Shown here: positions 1-10,067 of the stretch, one piece after another
Layout: each line of letters opens with the position of its first letter
Numbering within the stretch: position 1 is the first letter of the stretch
From: Myxococcales bacterium
GTDB lineage: Bacteria; Myxococcota_A; Polyangia; Polyangiales; DASUME01
Direction of reading: 5' to 3'
NCBI GenBank assembly: GCA_047601445.1
Contig: JASGJH010000001.1
Coordinates: forward strand, 1,024,001-1,088,000
DNA: 64,000 nt
Notes under the pieces: model-generated
Databases searched by the model: none
Told to the model about the DNA's origin: nothing
What the model saw: only the letters and a program-made list of their open reading frames with translations
Made by a program: the position numbers and the translations under genes

Positions 1-59
1 GACATCCGTGTCACGACAGCGAACGGCCTGGCGGTGTGGAACGCTCGCTCCGTGATCCG

Positions 60-1454
60 TCAGCGACATGGCCAGATTGCGGACTTGTATCGGTTCAAGA
101 AGCAGGAACCGTTTTCGTAGGAGACAACCCAAGGGTCGTCCGGACAGATTCGAGCGGCGGTCGGTTTTTCCGTGAAGGTGCTGTTGCTTCCCTTGAAGAG
201 AACGCACCCGCCGCTGCCTGCGGACTGGCAGGAGGCAAAGCGATCATTGTTCGCCCACTGGATGGTGGCGACATCGCACAGCTTCACTACGGGCTGAAAG
301 AAGGGGTCCGGACTTGCTTGTCCGTCGCAGTTAAGATCGAAGCTCAAGAATCCAATCGGCGGAAAGCCGTAGCTTTGAGGAGGCGCATACGCAGGAGAGG
401 TATCATTGCAGTCGGTGTCCTTCGGGCTGGTTGCATCGGGCTTGTGGGCAGTCCAGCCGCAAGGGTCCTTGGCAGGTAGAGTGCACGCCCGCTGGCTGCT
501 GCCGTTGGCCAAGGCGTAACCATCGCCGTCGCAGTCCATGTACCAAACGGTCGCATCCACGGCGTCCGGCTCGTCGACCTCGCCGTCGCAGTCGTTGTCG
601 ACGTGATCGTTGCAGTGTTCCGCCCCGGGAACGATCTGCGGCGCATTGCACCCGAGGCTACCGTCCGTCTGGCACGCGATCTGCCCCTCCCGCCTGCAGG
701 CTCCCTTGAGCCCGTTGTTGCAGGCGTCGCCGAGATTCAGCGCGCGAGCCGCCTCAGTACAGCTGCCCCCGCAGACGTTGGTGGCGCCGTTGTCGAGCTG
801 GCCGTCGCAGTCATTGTCCACGCCGTCGCATAGCTCTGCGTGAGTGGGGGAACGTGCCGGATTGGCGTCGTCGCAGTCGTCGCCGCGGGTGGACACCGCG
901 GTGGGGGACGACGCGTCCAGGCTCCCAGCGTCCGAGCTCGCGAGGGGTATGCAACCCGACTGCAGCGCGCCCGCGCCAACGCCGTCCCCATCCTGATCGA
1001 GATAGAACCCGACCTCGGTCCCCTCGTCGACTCCTTGGTCGCAGTCGTCATCGTGCGAATTGCAGAGCTCTGCGGTGCCTTCGTCGACCTCCCCGTCGCA
1101 GTCGTCGTCCATATCGTTGCCACAGCTGTCGGGGGCGCCTGGACGGACCTGGTGGTCGTGGTCATCGCAATCTCCGACGCCCAGGCCCGCACAGACCGCA
1201 GGGGCCGTGGCAGGCGCGAAACCGTCGCCGTCCTCGTCTGCACAGTTCGGTGCGGGACCCGAGTCCATTCCCTCAGGACCGCCGTCCTCTGAAATCGCGT
1301 TTGCGGGACCCGCATCCGCGGCGCCCCGCGATTGCTCCGTAGGCTCACACGTCGTTCCATGCTTCACCGTCCCAGACGGACAAGCCGCCTCTGGAGCGCA
1401 TGCGACCATCCACAACAGCGCCAACGACGAAGCACTTCGAGCCGACGAATGCAT
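60..1454 (-). CDS. Secreted/lipoprotein with repeated Cys/Asp-rich putative metal-binding motifs (MopE-like repeats)
   Basis: N-terminal hydrophobic stretch ending LWMVAC; repeats such as CDDHDHQVRPGAPDSCGNDMDDDCDGEVDE, ELCDGVDNDCDGQLD and YMDCDGDGY; start moved to internal ATG 1454. Confidence 0.8.
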   Translation of the reverse strand: MHSSARSASSLALLWMVACAPEAACPSGTVKHGTTCEPTEQSRGAADAGPANAISEDGGPEGMDSGPAPNCADEDGDGFAPATAPAVCAGLGVGDCDDHDHQVRPGAPDSCGNDMDDDCDGEVDEGTAELCNSHDDDCDQGVDEGTEVGFYLDQDGDGVGAGALQSGCIPLASSDAGSLDASSPTAVSTRGDDCDDANPARSPTHAELCDGVDNDCDGQLDNGATNVCGGSCTEAARALNLGDACNNGLKGACRREGQIACQTDGSLGCNAPQIVPGAEHCNDHVDNDCDGEVDEPDAVDATVWYMDCDGDGYALANGSSQRACTLPAKDPCGWTAHKPDATSPKDTDCNDTSPAYAPPQSYGFPPIGFLSFDLNCDGQASPDPFFQPVVKLCDVATIQWANNDRFASCQSAGSGGCVLFKGSNSTFTEKPTAARICPDDPWVVSYENGSCFLNRYKSAIWPCR

Positions 1455-1590
1455 AACCCACCAAGCCCAGGGCAAGCGGTTCAGAGATGGACGAACGCTG
1501 GCCGCGCGGGGGAGCGCAGCAGTGAGGTCCGTTGTTGAGGCGTGTCCTGATTCAAGTCAGTCATGGCGTCAAGGCTCGAAGCGGTTTTGA

Positions 1591-3921
1591 TCATGGCTTG
1601 GTTGACCCATCCGGCAGCACGGCTGGATCCCAGGCGTCCACCGAGAGCTTCCTGCCGTCACTCGTGACGCGAACGCCTCCGACGACATCGGTACGCAGCA
1701 CGTGCTGCGATGCACTCTGCAGTCGCTCCATCACGTCCGCGTGGGGATGACCGAAGCGGTTGGCTCGCCCGGCGCTGATCACGCTGAGCCAGGGCGAAAC
1801 CCGCGCGAGAAAGGCGGGCGTACTCGATGTCCGCGAGCCGTGGTGGCCTACCTTCAGGACGTCACTCGCGAGCGCTTCCGGGGTGCGTTCAACGAGTGAC
1901 GTTTCGGTGGCGTGCTCTGCATCGCCCATCAAGAGAAACGAGCGCTCGCCGTGGGTCAGCCGAATGACCCACGAGTTGTCATTGGCATCGAGCGCCTCGT
2001 CGAAGCCAGGGCACGGCGAAAGCACCCTGAGCGCCGCGCCGCCGAGCGGGAATGCCTGGCCACAGCGCTCGGCCGGTCTCACGATGCGCACGCCGCGCTC
2101 CAAGGCTCGCTTGAGGAGTTGCGTCGCCGCCCCGCTGCCGCCTTCGGCCTCTGCTTGGCCCGTGTCCCAGAGCTCGCCCACCTCCACCGCATCGAGCACC
2201 GCGAACAGCCCGCCATAGTGATCCGGGTGAGGGTGGCTCAGGATCACGGCGTCCAAGCGGCCAATGCGCCGGGCCCTGAGCAGGGGCACCACCGACTCGC
2301 TGCCAGGGTCGGGGCCGCCTTGCACGGCACCTCCGGCGTCCACCAGGGCCGCGCTGCCGCTGCCGCTCTCGATGAGGACGGCATCGCCCTGGCCCACATC
2401 GACGAACGTCACACGGAGCTCGTCCGACGAGAGCTCGTGTCGCAAGTGCCATTCGCAGGCGACGAAGCCTAGGCAGGCCAAGACGCTTGCCAGCAGCTTG
2501 GGGCGCAGCGAGAGGCCCGTGAGCCACACGAACGACAGTCCCGCGGCCAGGAGCCCCTGAGTCAACGTGAGCGGAGGAATGGTCAGGCCAGGGTCGAGGT
2601 TCGAACACACGCGCGACGCGTGCAGGAACGCTCCGCTTGCCGTCTCGAACGCCCAGCGTGTGCCCAGCGCATCGGACGCACCGCCGGCCGCAGCAAACAG
2701 CTGCGCCACCACCAGCGGAATCAGCACACCGCCGAGCGGCAAGAGCACCACGTTCGCCACGAGGGCGATGACGGAGGTGGTCCCAAAGCACAGACCGAGA
2801 AAGGGTGCGGTGGCCAGCCAGGCCCGTACGCTCTCCTTGAACGCACCACGGATGCCGCCCGAGCCGTGGGCGGCCGTGAGCAAGGCACCGGTGGCCAACA
2901 CCGACAGCACGAAGCCTGGATGCAACGCGTCGCGCGGCTCGTAGAGCGCGTGGAGCACCACCGCGAACGCCGACACGTGGAGCGCATTCGGTCGATAGCC
3001 GAGTGCGACCAGGCCGTAGAGCAACGAGCTCGTGAATGCAGAGCGCCAAGCGCTCGGCGCCCCGCCGCACGCCATGGCCACGAGCGGCGAGAGCGCGACC
3101 CCCAGGGCCGAGGCTGCCCGCCGCGCCTCGAACCACAAACCGAGCGGCGACCACAACCAGCAGAGCCGCAGTAAGCTGACCAGGGCGCCGGCCAGCACTG
3201 TCACGTGCATGCCTGACACGGCCAGCACGTGGGACACGCCCGCGTTGCGGATGGCGTCGTTCAGCTCGCTCGAGACGGCCATGCCTTCGCCCAGCAGGAG
3301 GGCCCTCGCGATGCCCGCGTGGGGCTCCGAGAGGCTCGCCACGAAGGCCCGACGAATCGCGCCGCGCAGCCGCATGACGTGGTCTGCGAGCCACGATGCC
3401 TGGTCGATGCGGACGGCGGCCGAGGACACCGCGCGTGCGCGCAGGGATACGCGGGCATCGGGCCAGGAGGCAGAGGGCAGGGGGTTACGGAACCTCGGTT
3501 GGCTCGAGACTTTGGCGAGCAGCGTGACGTGGGCCCCCACCGGGAGCTCGTTGTCCGTGGTGAGCGCGAGCCGCGGCTGGCCTTCGGGGCAGGTGTCTGG
3601 ATCGAGAGGTTTACACGCCAGGAGTCGAGCCTCGGACCAGCAGCCCTCGCCGCAACCGGTGCGCAGCACCTCGACACTCAGCCGCGCCACTCCGGTAGCC
3701 ACCGCGGGCTCGACCACTATCGCACCTTGTGCTCCAAGGAGCGCCATCCAGGCGCTGGTGGCGAGTCCGAGCAGGAGAGGCGGAAGCCATGGTCCCTGAG
3801 CCCCATAAGCGGCAAGCACCGCCGCCGCCCCGACGCCTGCACCCCATGCGAGTTCCAGGCCGTGGGACTCCCCCCAGACCAACCCGAGGAAGGAACACAG
3901 CATGACCAAGATCACCGGCAC
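1591..3921 (-). CDS. comEC: DNA internalization competence protein ComEC/Rec2
   Basis: Competence domain (SHVLAVSGMHV), multiple TM segments, C-terminal metallo-beta-lactamase motifs DVGQGD, SHPHPDH, KVGHHGS, NRFGHP. Confidence 0.93.
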   Translation of the reverse strand: MPVILVMLCSFLGLVWGESHGLELAWGAGVGAAAVLAAYGAQGPWLPPLLLGLATSAWMALLGAQGAIVVEPAVATGVARLSVEVLRTGCGEGCWSEARLLACKPLDPDTCPEGQPRLALTTDNELPVGAHVTLLAKVSSQPRFRNPLPSASWPDARVSLRARAVSSAAVRIDQASWLADHVMRLRGAIRRAFVASLSEPHAGIARALLLGEGMAVSSELNDAIRNAGVSHVLAVSGMHVTVLAGALVSLLRLCWLWSPLGLWFEARRAASALGVALSPLVAMACGGAPSAWRSAFTSSLLYGLVALGYRPNALHVSAFAVVLHALYEPRDALHPGFVLSVLATGALLTAAHGSGGIRGAFKESVRAWLATAPFLGLCFGTTSVIALVANVVLLPLGGVLIPLVVAQLFAAAGGASDALGTRWAFETASGAFLHASRVCSNLDPGLTIPPLTLTQGLLAAGLSFVWLTGLSLRPKLLASVLACLGFVACEWHLRHELSSDELRVTFVDVGQGDAVLIESGSGSAALVDAGGAVQGGPDPGSESVVPLLRARRIGRLDAVILSHPHPDHYGGLFAVLDAVEVGELWDTGQAEAEGGSGAATQLLKRALERGVRIVRPAERCGQAFPLGGAALRVLSPCPGFDEALDANDNSWVIRLTHGERSFLLMGDAEHATETSLVERTPEALASDVLKVGHHGSRTSSTPAFLARVSPWLSVISAGRANRFGHPHADVMERLQSASQHVLRTDVVGGVRVTSDGRKLSVDAWDPAVLPDGSTKP

Positions 3922-4064
3922 GAAGCCTTTTTAGGCAACGTTGGTTCCCGGTTGTTTTTGCGTGATTTCAGCTACTTGTGACACGTGTCCGGTGGTGACC
4001 GTCACACCCCGCCGGCGACCCGCATTTGACACGCCATAAAAACGCCATACATCTGGGGAGCGGC

Positions 4065-4095
4065 ATGACCCTTACGCACGCGTTAGGGTTAGGGT
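4065..4095 (+). promoter_or_regulatory. MerR-type promoter/operator: -35 ATGACC, 19-bp spacer, -10 TAGGGT, with dyad 4068-4089
   Basis: ACCCTTACGC-AC-GCGTTAGGGT (9/10 complementary arms) lies between hexamers spaced 19 bp apart, 7 nt upstream of the merR ATG. Confidence 0.65.
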
Positions 4096-4102
4096 TGAGA
4101 AC

Positions 4103-4654
4103 ATGGCCATCACCCTTCCACTCAATAAGCAGTTCCACCCCGATCCCGAGGCAGCCTCGGATCGTTCGGAGCGGCTGAATACGTCGCTCTCGACCTTGCG
4201 AGTGGGAGACTTGGCCAAGCGCACGGGGAAAACCGTACGCGCACTGCACCTCTACGAAGAGCACGGTCTGCTCTCCCCCGCACAGCGCTCCAACGGCGGC
4301 TATCGCCTCTACAACCGCGCCTCTGAATTGCGCGTGCGCTGGATCGACAAGCTCCAGCAAATGGGCTTCTCCCTCAGCGACATCAAGCAGATCGTCAGCG
4401 ACGTCGACCGCAGCAAGAACGCGCCCGACGCCATGCAGCGGGTGCAGGACCTGTTTCGTGAAAAGCTGACTGAAACGCGCGAGCAGCTGCGCCGACTGTC
4501 TGCTCTGGAATCCGAGCTCAAGTCCAGCCTCGACTACCTCGAGGCATGCGACTCCTGCGACACCGAGGAGCTCCTCGGCGCCTGCACCGACTGTGCTCGC
4601 CACGCCTGCGAGCACAAGGCCCCCGATCTCGTGGCTGGCTTCCGCGTTCACTGA
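4103..4654 (+). CDS. MerR-family transcriptional regulator with C-terminal Cys cluster
   Basis: MerR HTH LRVGDLAKRTGKTVRALHLYEEHGLL...RSNGGYRLY, coiled coil, tail CDSC-x8-CTDC-x4-C. Confidence 0.92.
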   Translation: MAITLPLNKQFHPDPEAASDRSERLNTSLSTLRVGDLAKRTGKTVRALHLYEEHGLLSPAQRSNGGYRLYNRASELRVRWIDKLQQMGFSLSDIKQIVSDVDRSKNAPDAMQRVQDLFREKLTETREQLRRLSALESELKSSLDYLEACDSCDTEELLGACTDCARHACEHKAPDLVAGFRVH

Positions 4655-4702
4655 GAACCGCGAAGCGCCACCTCGCACCCACCCTCCGAAAGGCTCTCCG
4701 TC

Positions 4703-5929
4703 ATGGCCCTGAAGCTACCCATCTACATGGACAACCACGCGACCACGCCGGTCGATCCGCGCGTGCTCGAGGCCATGATCCCGTATTTCACGCTCGATTT
4801 CGGCAACGCAGCCAGCCGCAACCACGCATTCGGCTGGAAGGCCGAGGAGGCGGTGGACTACGCCCGCGAGCAGATCGCCAAGCTCATCAACGCGAGCAGC
4901 GACAAAGAAATCGTGCTCACCTCGGGCGCCACCGAGAGCGACAACCTGGCGATCAAGGGCGTGGCCGAGTTCTACAAGGACAAGGGCAACCACATCATCA
5001 CCACGCGCACCGAGCACAAGGCCGTGCTCGACACCTGCAAGAAGCTCGAGAAGCAGGGCTACGAGATCACCTACCTCGACGTGGGTGAAGACGGTCTGAT
5101 CAAGCCCGAGCAGGTGGAAGCGGCGATCACGCCCAAGACCATCCTGGTCTCGGTGATGCTCGCGAACAACGAAGTCGGCTCGGTGCTGCCCATCGCGGAA
5201 ATCGGGCAGATCACGCGCAAGAAGGGCGTCCTCCTCCACACCGACGCCGTGCAGGGTGTGGGCAAGGTGGAGTTCGACGTCGAGAAGATGAACGTCGACC
5301 TGGCGAGCCTGTCGGCGCACAAGATGTACGGGCCCAAGGGCGTGGGCGCGCTCTACGTGCGGCGCCAAAAACCTCGCGTGCGCATCGTGGGACAAATGGA
5401 CGGTGGCGGACACGAGCGCGGGATGCGCTCGGGCACGCTCAACGTGCCGGGCATCGTGGGCTTCGGCAGGGCCGCGGACATCGCTGTGAAGGAGTGGCGC
5501 GACGATGCCACGCGCATCTTCGGGATGCGCCAGCGCCTGCGTCAGAAGCTGTTCTCCAGCCTCGACCTGATCCACCTCAACGGCGCGGACGATCCACACC
5601 GCCTGCCGGGCAACCTGAACGTCTCCTTCTCCTTCGTGGAGGGCGAGGCGATGATGATGGCGATCCGCGACGTCGCGGTGTCCTCGGGCAGCGCCTGCAC
5701 CAGCGCCAGCCTCGAGCCGAGCTACGTGCTGCGCGCCATGGGCGTCGACGAAGAGCTCGCGCACTCGTCCATCCGCTTCGGCATCGGCAAGTTCAACACG
5801 GACGAGGAGATCGATTACGTGGCCGATCTCGTGATCAGCTCCGTGCGCCGACTGCGCGAGATGTCTCCGCTCTACGAGATGCACAAGGAAGGCATCGATA
5901 TCAAATCCATCCAGTGGGCCGCCCACTGA
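4703..5929 (+). CDS. iscS: Cysteine desulfurase IscS
   Basis: [19 protein letters not shown] (PLP Lys), SSGSACTS (catalytic Cys), C-terminal IQWAAH. Confidence 0.98.
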   Translation: MALKLPIYMDNHATTPVDPRVLEAMIPYFTLDFGNAASRNHAFGWKAEEAVDYAREQIAKLINASSDKEIVLTSGATESDNLAIKGVAEFYKDKGNHIITTRTEHKAVLDTCKKLEKQGYEITYLDVGEDGLIKPEQVEAAITPKTILVSVMLANNEVGSVLPIAEIGQITRKKGVLLHTDAVQGVGKVEFDVEKMNVDLASLSAHKMYGPKGVGALYVRRQKPRVRIVGQMDGGGHERGMRSGTLNVPGIVGFGRAADIAVKEWRDDATRIFGMRQRLRQKLFSSLDLIHLNGADDPHRLPGNLNVSFSFVEGEAMMMAIRDVAVSSGSACTSASLEPSYVLRAMGVDEELAHSSIRFGIGKFNTDEEIDYVADLVISSVRRLREMSPLYEMHKEGIDIKSIQWAAH

Positions 5930-6007
5930 GCTACCCCCCTCGAGCCCAGAACACGTAGCAGAACACCCTCGCTCGCAGCCGCGAGAGAGCCGCAAAGGAA
6001 GACCGCC

Positions 6008-6418
6008 ATGGCTTACTCAGACAAGGTCATCGACCACTACGAAAATCCCCGCAACGTCGGCACCCTCGACAAGAGCGACGAATCGGTCGGCACCGGCTTG
6101 GTGGGAGCACCGGCGTGCGGCGACGTGATGCGCCTGCAGCTGCGCATCAACCCCGAAACCGACGTTATCGAGGACGCCAAGTTCAAGACTTTCGGTTGCG
6201 GCAGCGCCATCGCCTCTTCCTCGCTCGTCACTGAGTGGGTCAAGGGCAAGACGGTGGACGAGGCCATGAAGCTGAAGAACACCCAGATCGTGGAGGAGCT
6301 CAACCTGCCTCCCGTGAAGATCCATTGCTCCGTGTTGGCCGAGGACGCCATCAAGAGCGCCATCGCCGACTTCCGCAAGAAGCAAGCGGAGCGTAGAGCC
6401 GCCTCCGAATCAAAGTGA
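6008..6418 (+). CDS. iscU: Fe-S scaffold IscU
   Basis: MAYSDKVIDHYENPRNVG, APACGD, FGCGSA, LPPVKIHC. Confidence 0.98.
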   Translation: MAYSDKVIDHYENPRNVGTLDKSDESVGTGLVGAPACGDVMRLQLRINPETDVIEDAKFKTFGCGSAIASSSLVTEWVKGKTVDEAMKLKNTQIVEELNLPPVKIHCSVLAEDAIKSAIADFRKKQAERRAASESK

Positions 6419-6864
6419 GTGAGGTCATGTCTCAGCCAGAGCCACAGAAGGTCGAAGCGCGCGCGCCCGCGCGGGTCGAGGCCCAGGATCCGCTCGCGGG
6501 CATCGAGGCCTTGGTGCCCGAGAACGTCGAGGGCACGCCTGACATCCGCCTCACCAAGAAGGCGGTGGAGATGGCCAAGAAGTCCATCGAGCGCCGTGGT
6601 GTGCCCACGGAGGGGCTGCGGCTGGGCGTGAAGGGCGGCGGCTGTTCGGGCGTTTCCTATGCCATCGAGTTCGCGGACAAGATTCGCGGGCGCGACCACG
6701 TGTTCGAGTTTCTGGGGCTCAAGGTGGTGGTCGACCCCAAGAGCCTCATCTATCTGCGCGGTTCCATCCTCGACTACGAAGTCAAGCTCATGCAGCACGG
6801 CTTCAAGTTCCGGAACCCCAACGAGAAGGCCGGCTGCGGCTGCGGCGAGTCCTTCACCGTATAG
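6415..6864 (+). CDS. iscA: A-type Fe-S carrier IscA/HesB
   Basis: GGGCSG and CGCGESF motifs; GTG overlaps the iscU stop (alternative ATG 6427). Confidence 0.95.
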   Translation: MSEVMSQPEPQKVEARAPARVEAQDPLAGIEALVPENVEGTPDIRLTKKAVEMAKKSIERRGVPTEGLRLGVKGGGCSGVSYAIEFADKIRGRDHVFEFLGLKVVVDPKSLIYLRGSILDYEVKLMQHGFKFRNPNEKAGCGCGESFTV

Positions 6865-6972
6865 CCCGTCGAGGGCGGCACAAAGGCTGCAATCATGATC
6901 CTTCGTGAGCGCAGCGAACCTCGCGGAGGGGGTGGGGCCCGCGTGACCTCCCCGCTGAAACCAGGGGACAGC

Positions 6973-7500
6973 ATGGATGCCTTCGATGTGCTGGCGCTCA
7001 AGCCTGCCTTTGATCTCGACCCAAGCGAGCTCGAGCAGCGCTATCGCGACCTGCAGAAGCAACTCCATCCGGACAAGTTCGTGCAAGCGTCCGCGAGCGA
7101 GAAGCGCGTCAGCTTGAGTCGGGCGGTCGACGTCAACCAGGCCTACCGATCCCTGCGTGACGCGCTCAAGCGCGGTGAGATCTTGCTGACTCGTCTGTCG
7201 GGCGTTCAAGCCGGCGCGGAGACCACGGATCCGGGGCTCTTGATGGAGATCATGGAGCTGCGCGAAGGCCTGGCGGAGGCCAAGGGCGAGCGCAACGCGG
7301 CTGCCGTGAGTGCGCTCAAGGCCGACGTGCTCACACGGGAAGACGGCGCACTCGGCTCACTGAAGCAAGCCTTCCAGGTGCTCGAGCGAGGCCCGGACGG
7401 TGCGGCGCGCGCAGAAGCCCATCGCGCGCTGTCACGACTGCGCTATTACCGGCGCTTCCAGGAAGAAGTCGCGCGCTTCGAAGAGGAGACAGCGGAGTAA
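6973..7500 (+). CDS. hscB: Fe-S co-chaperone HscB
   Basis: J-domain LHPDKF, LMEIMELRE, RLRYY; ATG 6973 follows AGGGGA. Confidence 0.93.
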   Translation: MDAFDVLALKPAFDLDPSELEQRYRDLQKQLHPDKFVQASASEKRVSLSRAVDVNQAYRSLRDALKRGEILLTRLSGVQAGAETTDPGLLMEIMELREGLAEAKGERNAAAVSALKADVLTREDGALGSLKQAFQVLERGPDGAARAEAHRALSRLRYYRRFQEEVARFEEETAE

Positions 7501-7503
7501 GTC

Positions 7504-9450
7504 ATGGCCCTGCTTCAGATACACGACCCTCAGGCACAGAAGACGCCGATCGGGATCGATCTGGGCACCACCAATAGCTTGATCGCCCACGTGACCGCCA
7601 CCGGCACGCCAGCGACCATCCTCGACTGCGACAACGAGGCCCTGGTGCCGTCGGTGGTGCACTACGGGAAGGATGGCCGGGTGTTGGTGGGCAAGGACGC
7701 GCTCGCGCTGGCCGAGAGCTTCCCCGAGGACACCATCATCAGCGTGAAGCGCTTCATGGGGCGCGGCGCGGGTGATCCGGAGACGCGCAAGCTCGGCCCG
7801 TATCGCTTCGCGACCAACGAAGGTCCCGTGGTGAAGCTCGACGTAGCCAAGTCACGCGTGGTGACCCCGGTGGAGGTGAGCGCGGAGATCCTCGCGTTTC
7901 TGCGCGAGCAGGCCGAGGACTCGCTGGGCGGGGTAGGGGGCGCGGTGATCACGGTGCCCGCGTACTTCGACGATGCTCAACGCCAGGCCACCAAGGACGC
8001 CGGACGCCTGGCCGGTCTCGACGTGCTGCGCCTGCTCAACGAGCCCACGGCCGCCGCGCTCGCGTACGGCCTCCAGGAGAAGCAGAACGGCACCTTCGCC
8101 GTGTACGATCTCGGAGGCGGGACCTTCGACGTGACCATCCTGTCGCTCGAGGACGGCGTCTTTCAGGTGCGCTCCACGGGCGGCGATAGTCAGCTCGGCG
8201 GCGACGACATCGACCGCGCTTTGGCCCACGTGTTCCTCGAGCAGATGGGTTACGACAGCGAGGCAGCCCTGCCGGCCAGCTTGGTGCGACACCTGATCCA
8301 GTCCGCCAAGGCGGTGAAGCACGCGCTCACCCACGCGGACAGCGTGGAGGCCGAGATCGAGCGCCCGGACGGCTCGACCTTCGTGCGTGGCGTGACCCGC
8401 GCAGAGCTCGACGCGCTGGTGAAGCCCCTGGCGCAGCGCACGGGTACCGCCTGCCGGCGTGCCCTCAGGGACGCTGGGTTCGAGGCCAAGGACCTCGACG
8501 GTGTGATCCTGGTGGGCGGGTCCACGCGGGTCCCGTTCATTCGCAACTACGTCAAGGAGCTGTTCGGCAAGGAGCCGCTCGACTCGCTCGATCCGGATCA
8601 GGTGGTCGCCCTGGGGGCCGCCATCCAAGCGGATTTGTTGGCGGGTACGGGACCCAAGCATGAGGTCCTCCTGCTCGACGTGATCCCGCTCTCCCTCGGC
8701 ATCGAGACCATGGGCGGCGTGGCGGAGAAAATCCTACCGCGCAACTCCCCCATCCCCGCGGCCCAGGCCCAGGAATTCACCACCTACGCCGACAACCAAA
8801 CCGGTTTCGAGCTCCACGTGGTGCAGGGCGAGCGCGAGCTGGCCCAGGACTGTCGTTCGCTGGCGCGCTTCACGCTCAAGGGCATCCCGCCCATGCCCGC
8901 AGGTCTGCCGCGGCTGCGCGTGACGTTTCGCGTGGACGCGGACGGCCTGCTCAAGGTGGAAGCCGAAGAGAAGACCACGGGCACGCGCCAGGAAGTCGAA
9001 GTGAAGCCGAGCTACGGGCTCACCGACGACGAGGTCGAGCGCATGTTGCTCGATGCCTACGAGCACGGTGAAGAAGATGTGAAGCTTCGGCGCTTGCGCG
9101 AGGAGCAGGTCGACGCGCAGCGCATCCTGGCGTCGCTCGAGCAGGCCATCGAACGCGACCGCGAGTTACTCACGGACGAGGAGGAGCGAGCGGATATCGA
9201 GGGCGCCATTCGGCGGCTCAAGCGCGCGTTGGCCGGCCAGGACTACGACGAGATCCACAATCGCATCGAAGACCTCGACCAAGCCTCGAAGGCCTTCGCC
9301 GGGCGCCGCATGGACCGCAGCATCGCCCAGGCGCTGGCCGGGCGCGCGGCCTCGCAACTTGAAGACGAAACCAAGACCGCGCGCGGGATCGAGCCCCACC
9401 TGGGGCACAGTCCGTCTTCCGACGACGGGCCCAGTTCGGAGAAGCACTGA
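7504..9450 (+). CDS. hscA: Fe-S chaperone HscA (Hsp70 family)
   Basis: MALLQIHDP start, GIDLGTTNS, DLGGGTFD, KPSYGL; located in the isc operon. Confidence 0.96.
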   Translation: MALLQIHDPQAQKTPIGIDLGTTNSLIAHVTATGTPATILDCDNEALVPSVVHYGKDGRVLVGKDALALAESFPEDTIISVKRFMGRGAGDPETRKLGPYRFATNEGPVVKLDVAKSRVVTPVEVSAEILAFLREQAEDSLGGVGGAVITVPAYFDDAQRQATKDAGRLAGLDVLRLLNEPTAAALAYGLQEKQNGTFAVYDLGGGTFDVTILSLEDGVFQVRSTGGDSQLGGDDIDRALAHVFLEQMGYDSEAALPASLVRHLIQSAKAVKHALTHADSVEAEIERPDGSTFVRGVTRAELDALVKPLAQRTGTACRRALRDAGFEAKDLDGVILVGGSTRVPFIRNYVKELFGKEPLDSLDPDQVVALGAAIQADLLAGTGPKHEVLLLDVIPLSLGIETMGGVAEKILPRNSPIPAAQAQEFTTYADNQTGFELHVVQGERELAQDCRSLARFTLKGIPPMPAGLPRLRVTFRVDADGLLKVEAEEKTTGTRQEVEVKPSYGLTDDEVERMLLDAYEHGEEDVKLRRLREEQVDAQRILASLEQAIERDRELLTDEEERADIEGAIRRLKRALAGQDYDEIHNRIEDLDQASKAFAGRRMDRSIAQALAGRAASQLEDETKTARGIEPHLGHSPSSDDGPSSEKH

Positions 9451-9815
9451 TGCCGAAAGTACGTTTCCTGCGGGAGAATCTCGAGGTCGAGATCGAACCT
9501 GGCCAAACCATCCTCGAAGCCGCCAAGAAGGCCGGCGCACCCGAGGGCGACCGCTGCGGTGGTGTTTGCGCTTGCTCCACCTGCCACGTCTACGTGACCA
9601 AGGGCTTCGACTCGCTCTCGGAGATCGAAGACGAAGAGTTCGACATCCTCGACAAGGCCTTCGATGTTCGCAGCACGAGCCGCCTCGGCTGTCAGGCCAA
9701 GGTGGAGGGCGACGGGGACATCGAGGTGGAAATCAGCGGCGAGAGTTTCCAGGCCTTCGTGGACGAGCACCCGGACCAGAAGGCCCGCGCTCTGGCCATG
9801 CGGCCCCCCAAGTGA
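9450..9815 (+). CDS. fdx: ISC-type [2Fe-2S] ferredoxin
   Basis: CGGVCACSTCH...SRLGCQ; ATG overlaps the hscA stop. Confidence 0.95.
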   Translation: MPKVRFLRENLEVEIEPGQTILEAAKKAGAPEGDRCGGVCACSTCHVYVTKGFDSLSEIEDEEFDILDKAFDVRSTSRLGCQAKVEGDGDIEVEISGESFQAFVDEHPDQKARALAMRPPK

Positions 9816-10027
9816 GCGTTGGGCACCTAGCGGGGACTCGCGGCGCGCACGCCGAGCCCCGAACGTCCCGGGACTGAGGGCTGGCGGCGGGACGGTTTCG
9901 GCTCCGGGCTGCCGCTGCAGCGCTCCCCGGGCCCCACGGGGCTGTCGAGAATGACGAGGATTTTCAGAGATCTAACCCGGCCGGGCTGGAACCTACGGCC
10001 AGTCCGCTCGATAAGCGCGACGACGAC

Positions 10028-10056
10028 TTGAACTTTCCGAGTCCATCCCGTAACTT
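10028..10056 (+). promoter_or_regulatory. Sigma70-like promoter of the tRNA unit
   Basis: TTGAAC-N17-TAACTT ending 11 nt before the tRNA 5' end. Confidence 0.65.
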
Positions 10057-10067
10057 CCGCCGCCCAA

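Noticed and set aside
4083..4096. TTAGGGTTAGGGTT, resembling a telomere repeat
   Set aside because: Only two units, and they are explained by the operator arm plus the -10 hexamer.
9816..10027. iscX expected after fdx
   Set aside because: No IscX-like ORF is visible; its absence is common and not remarkable by itself.
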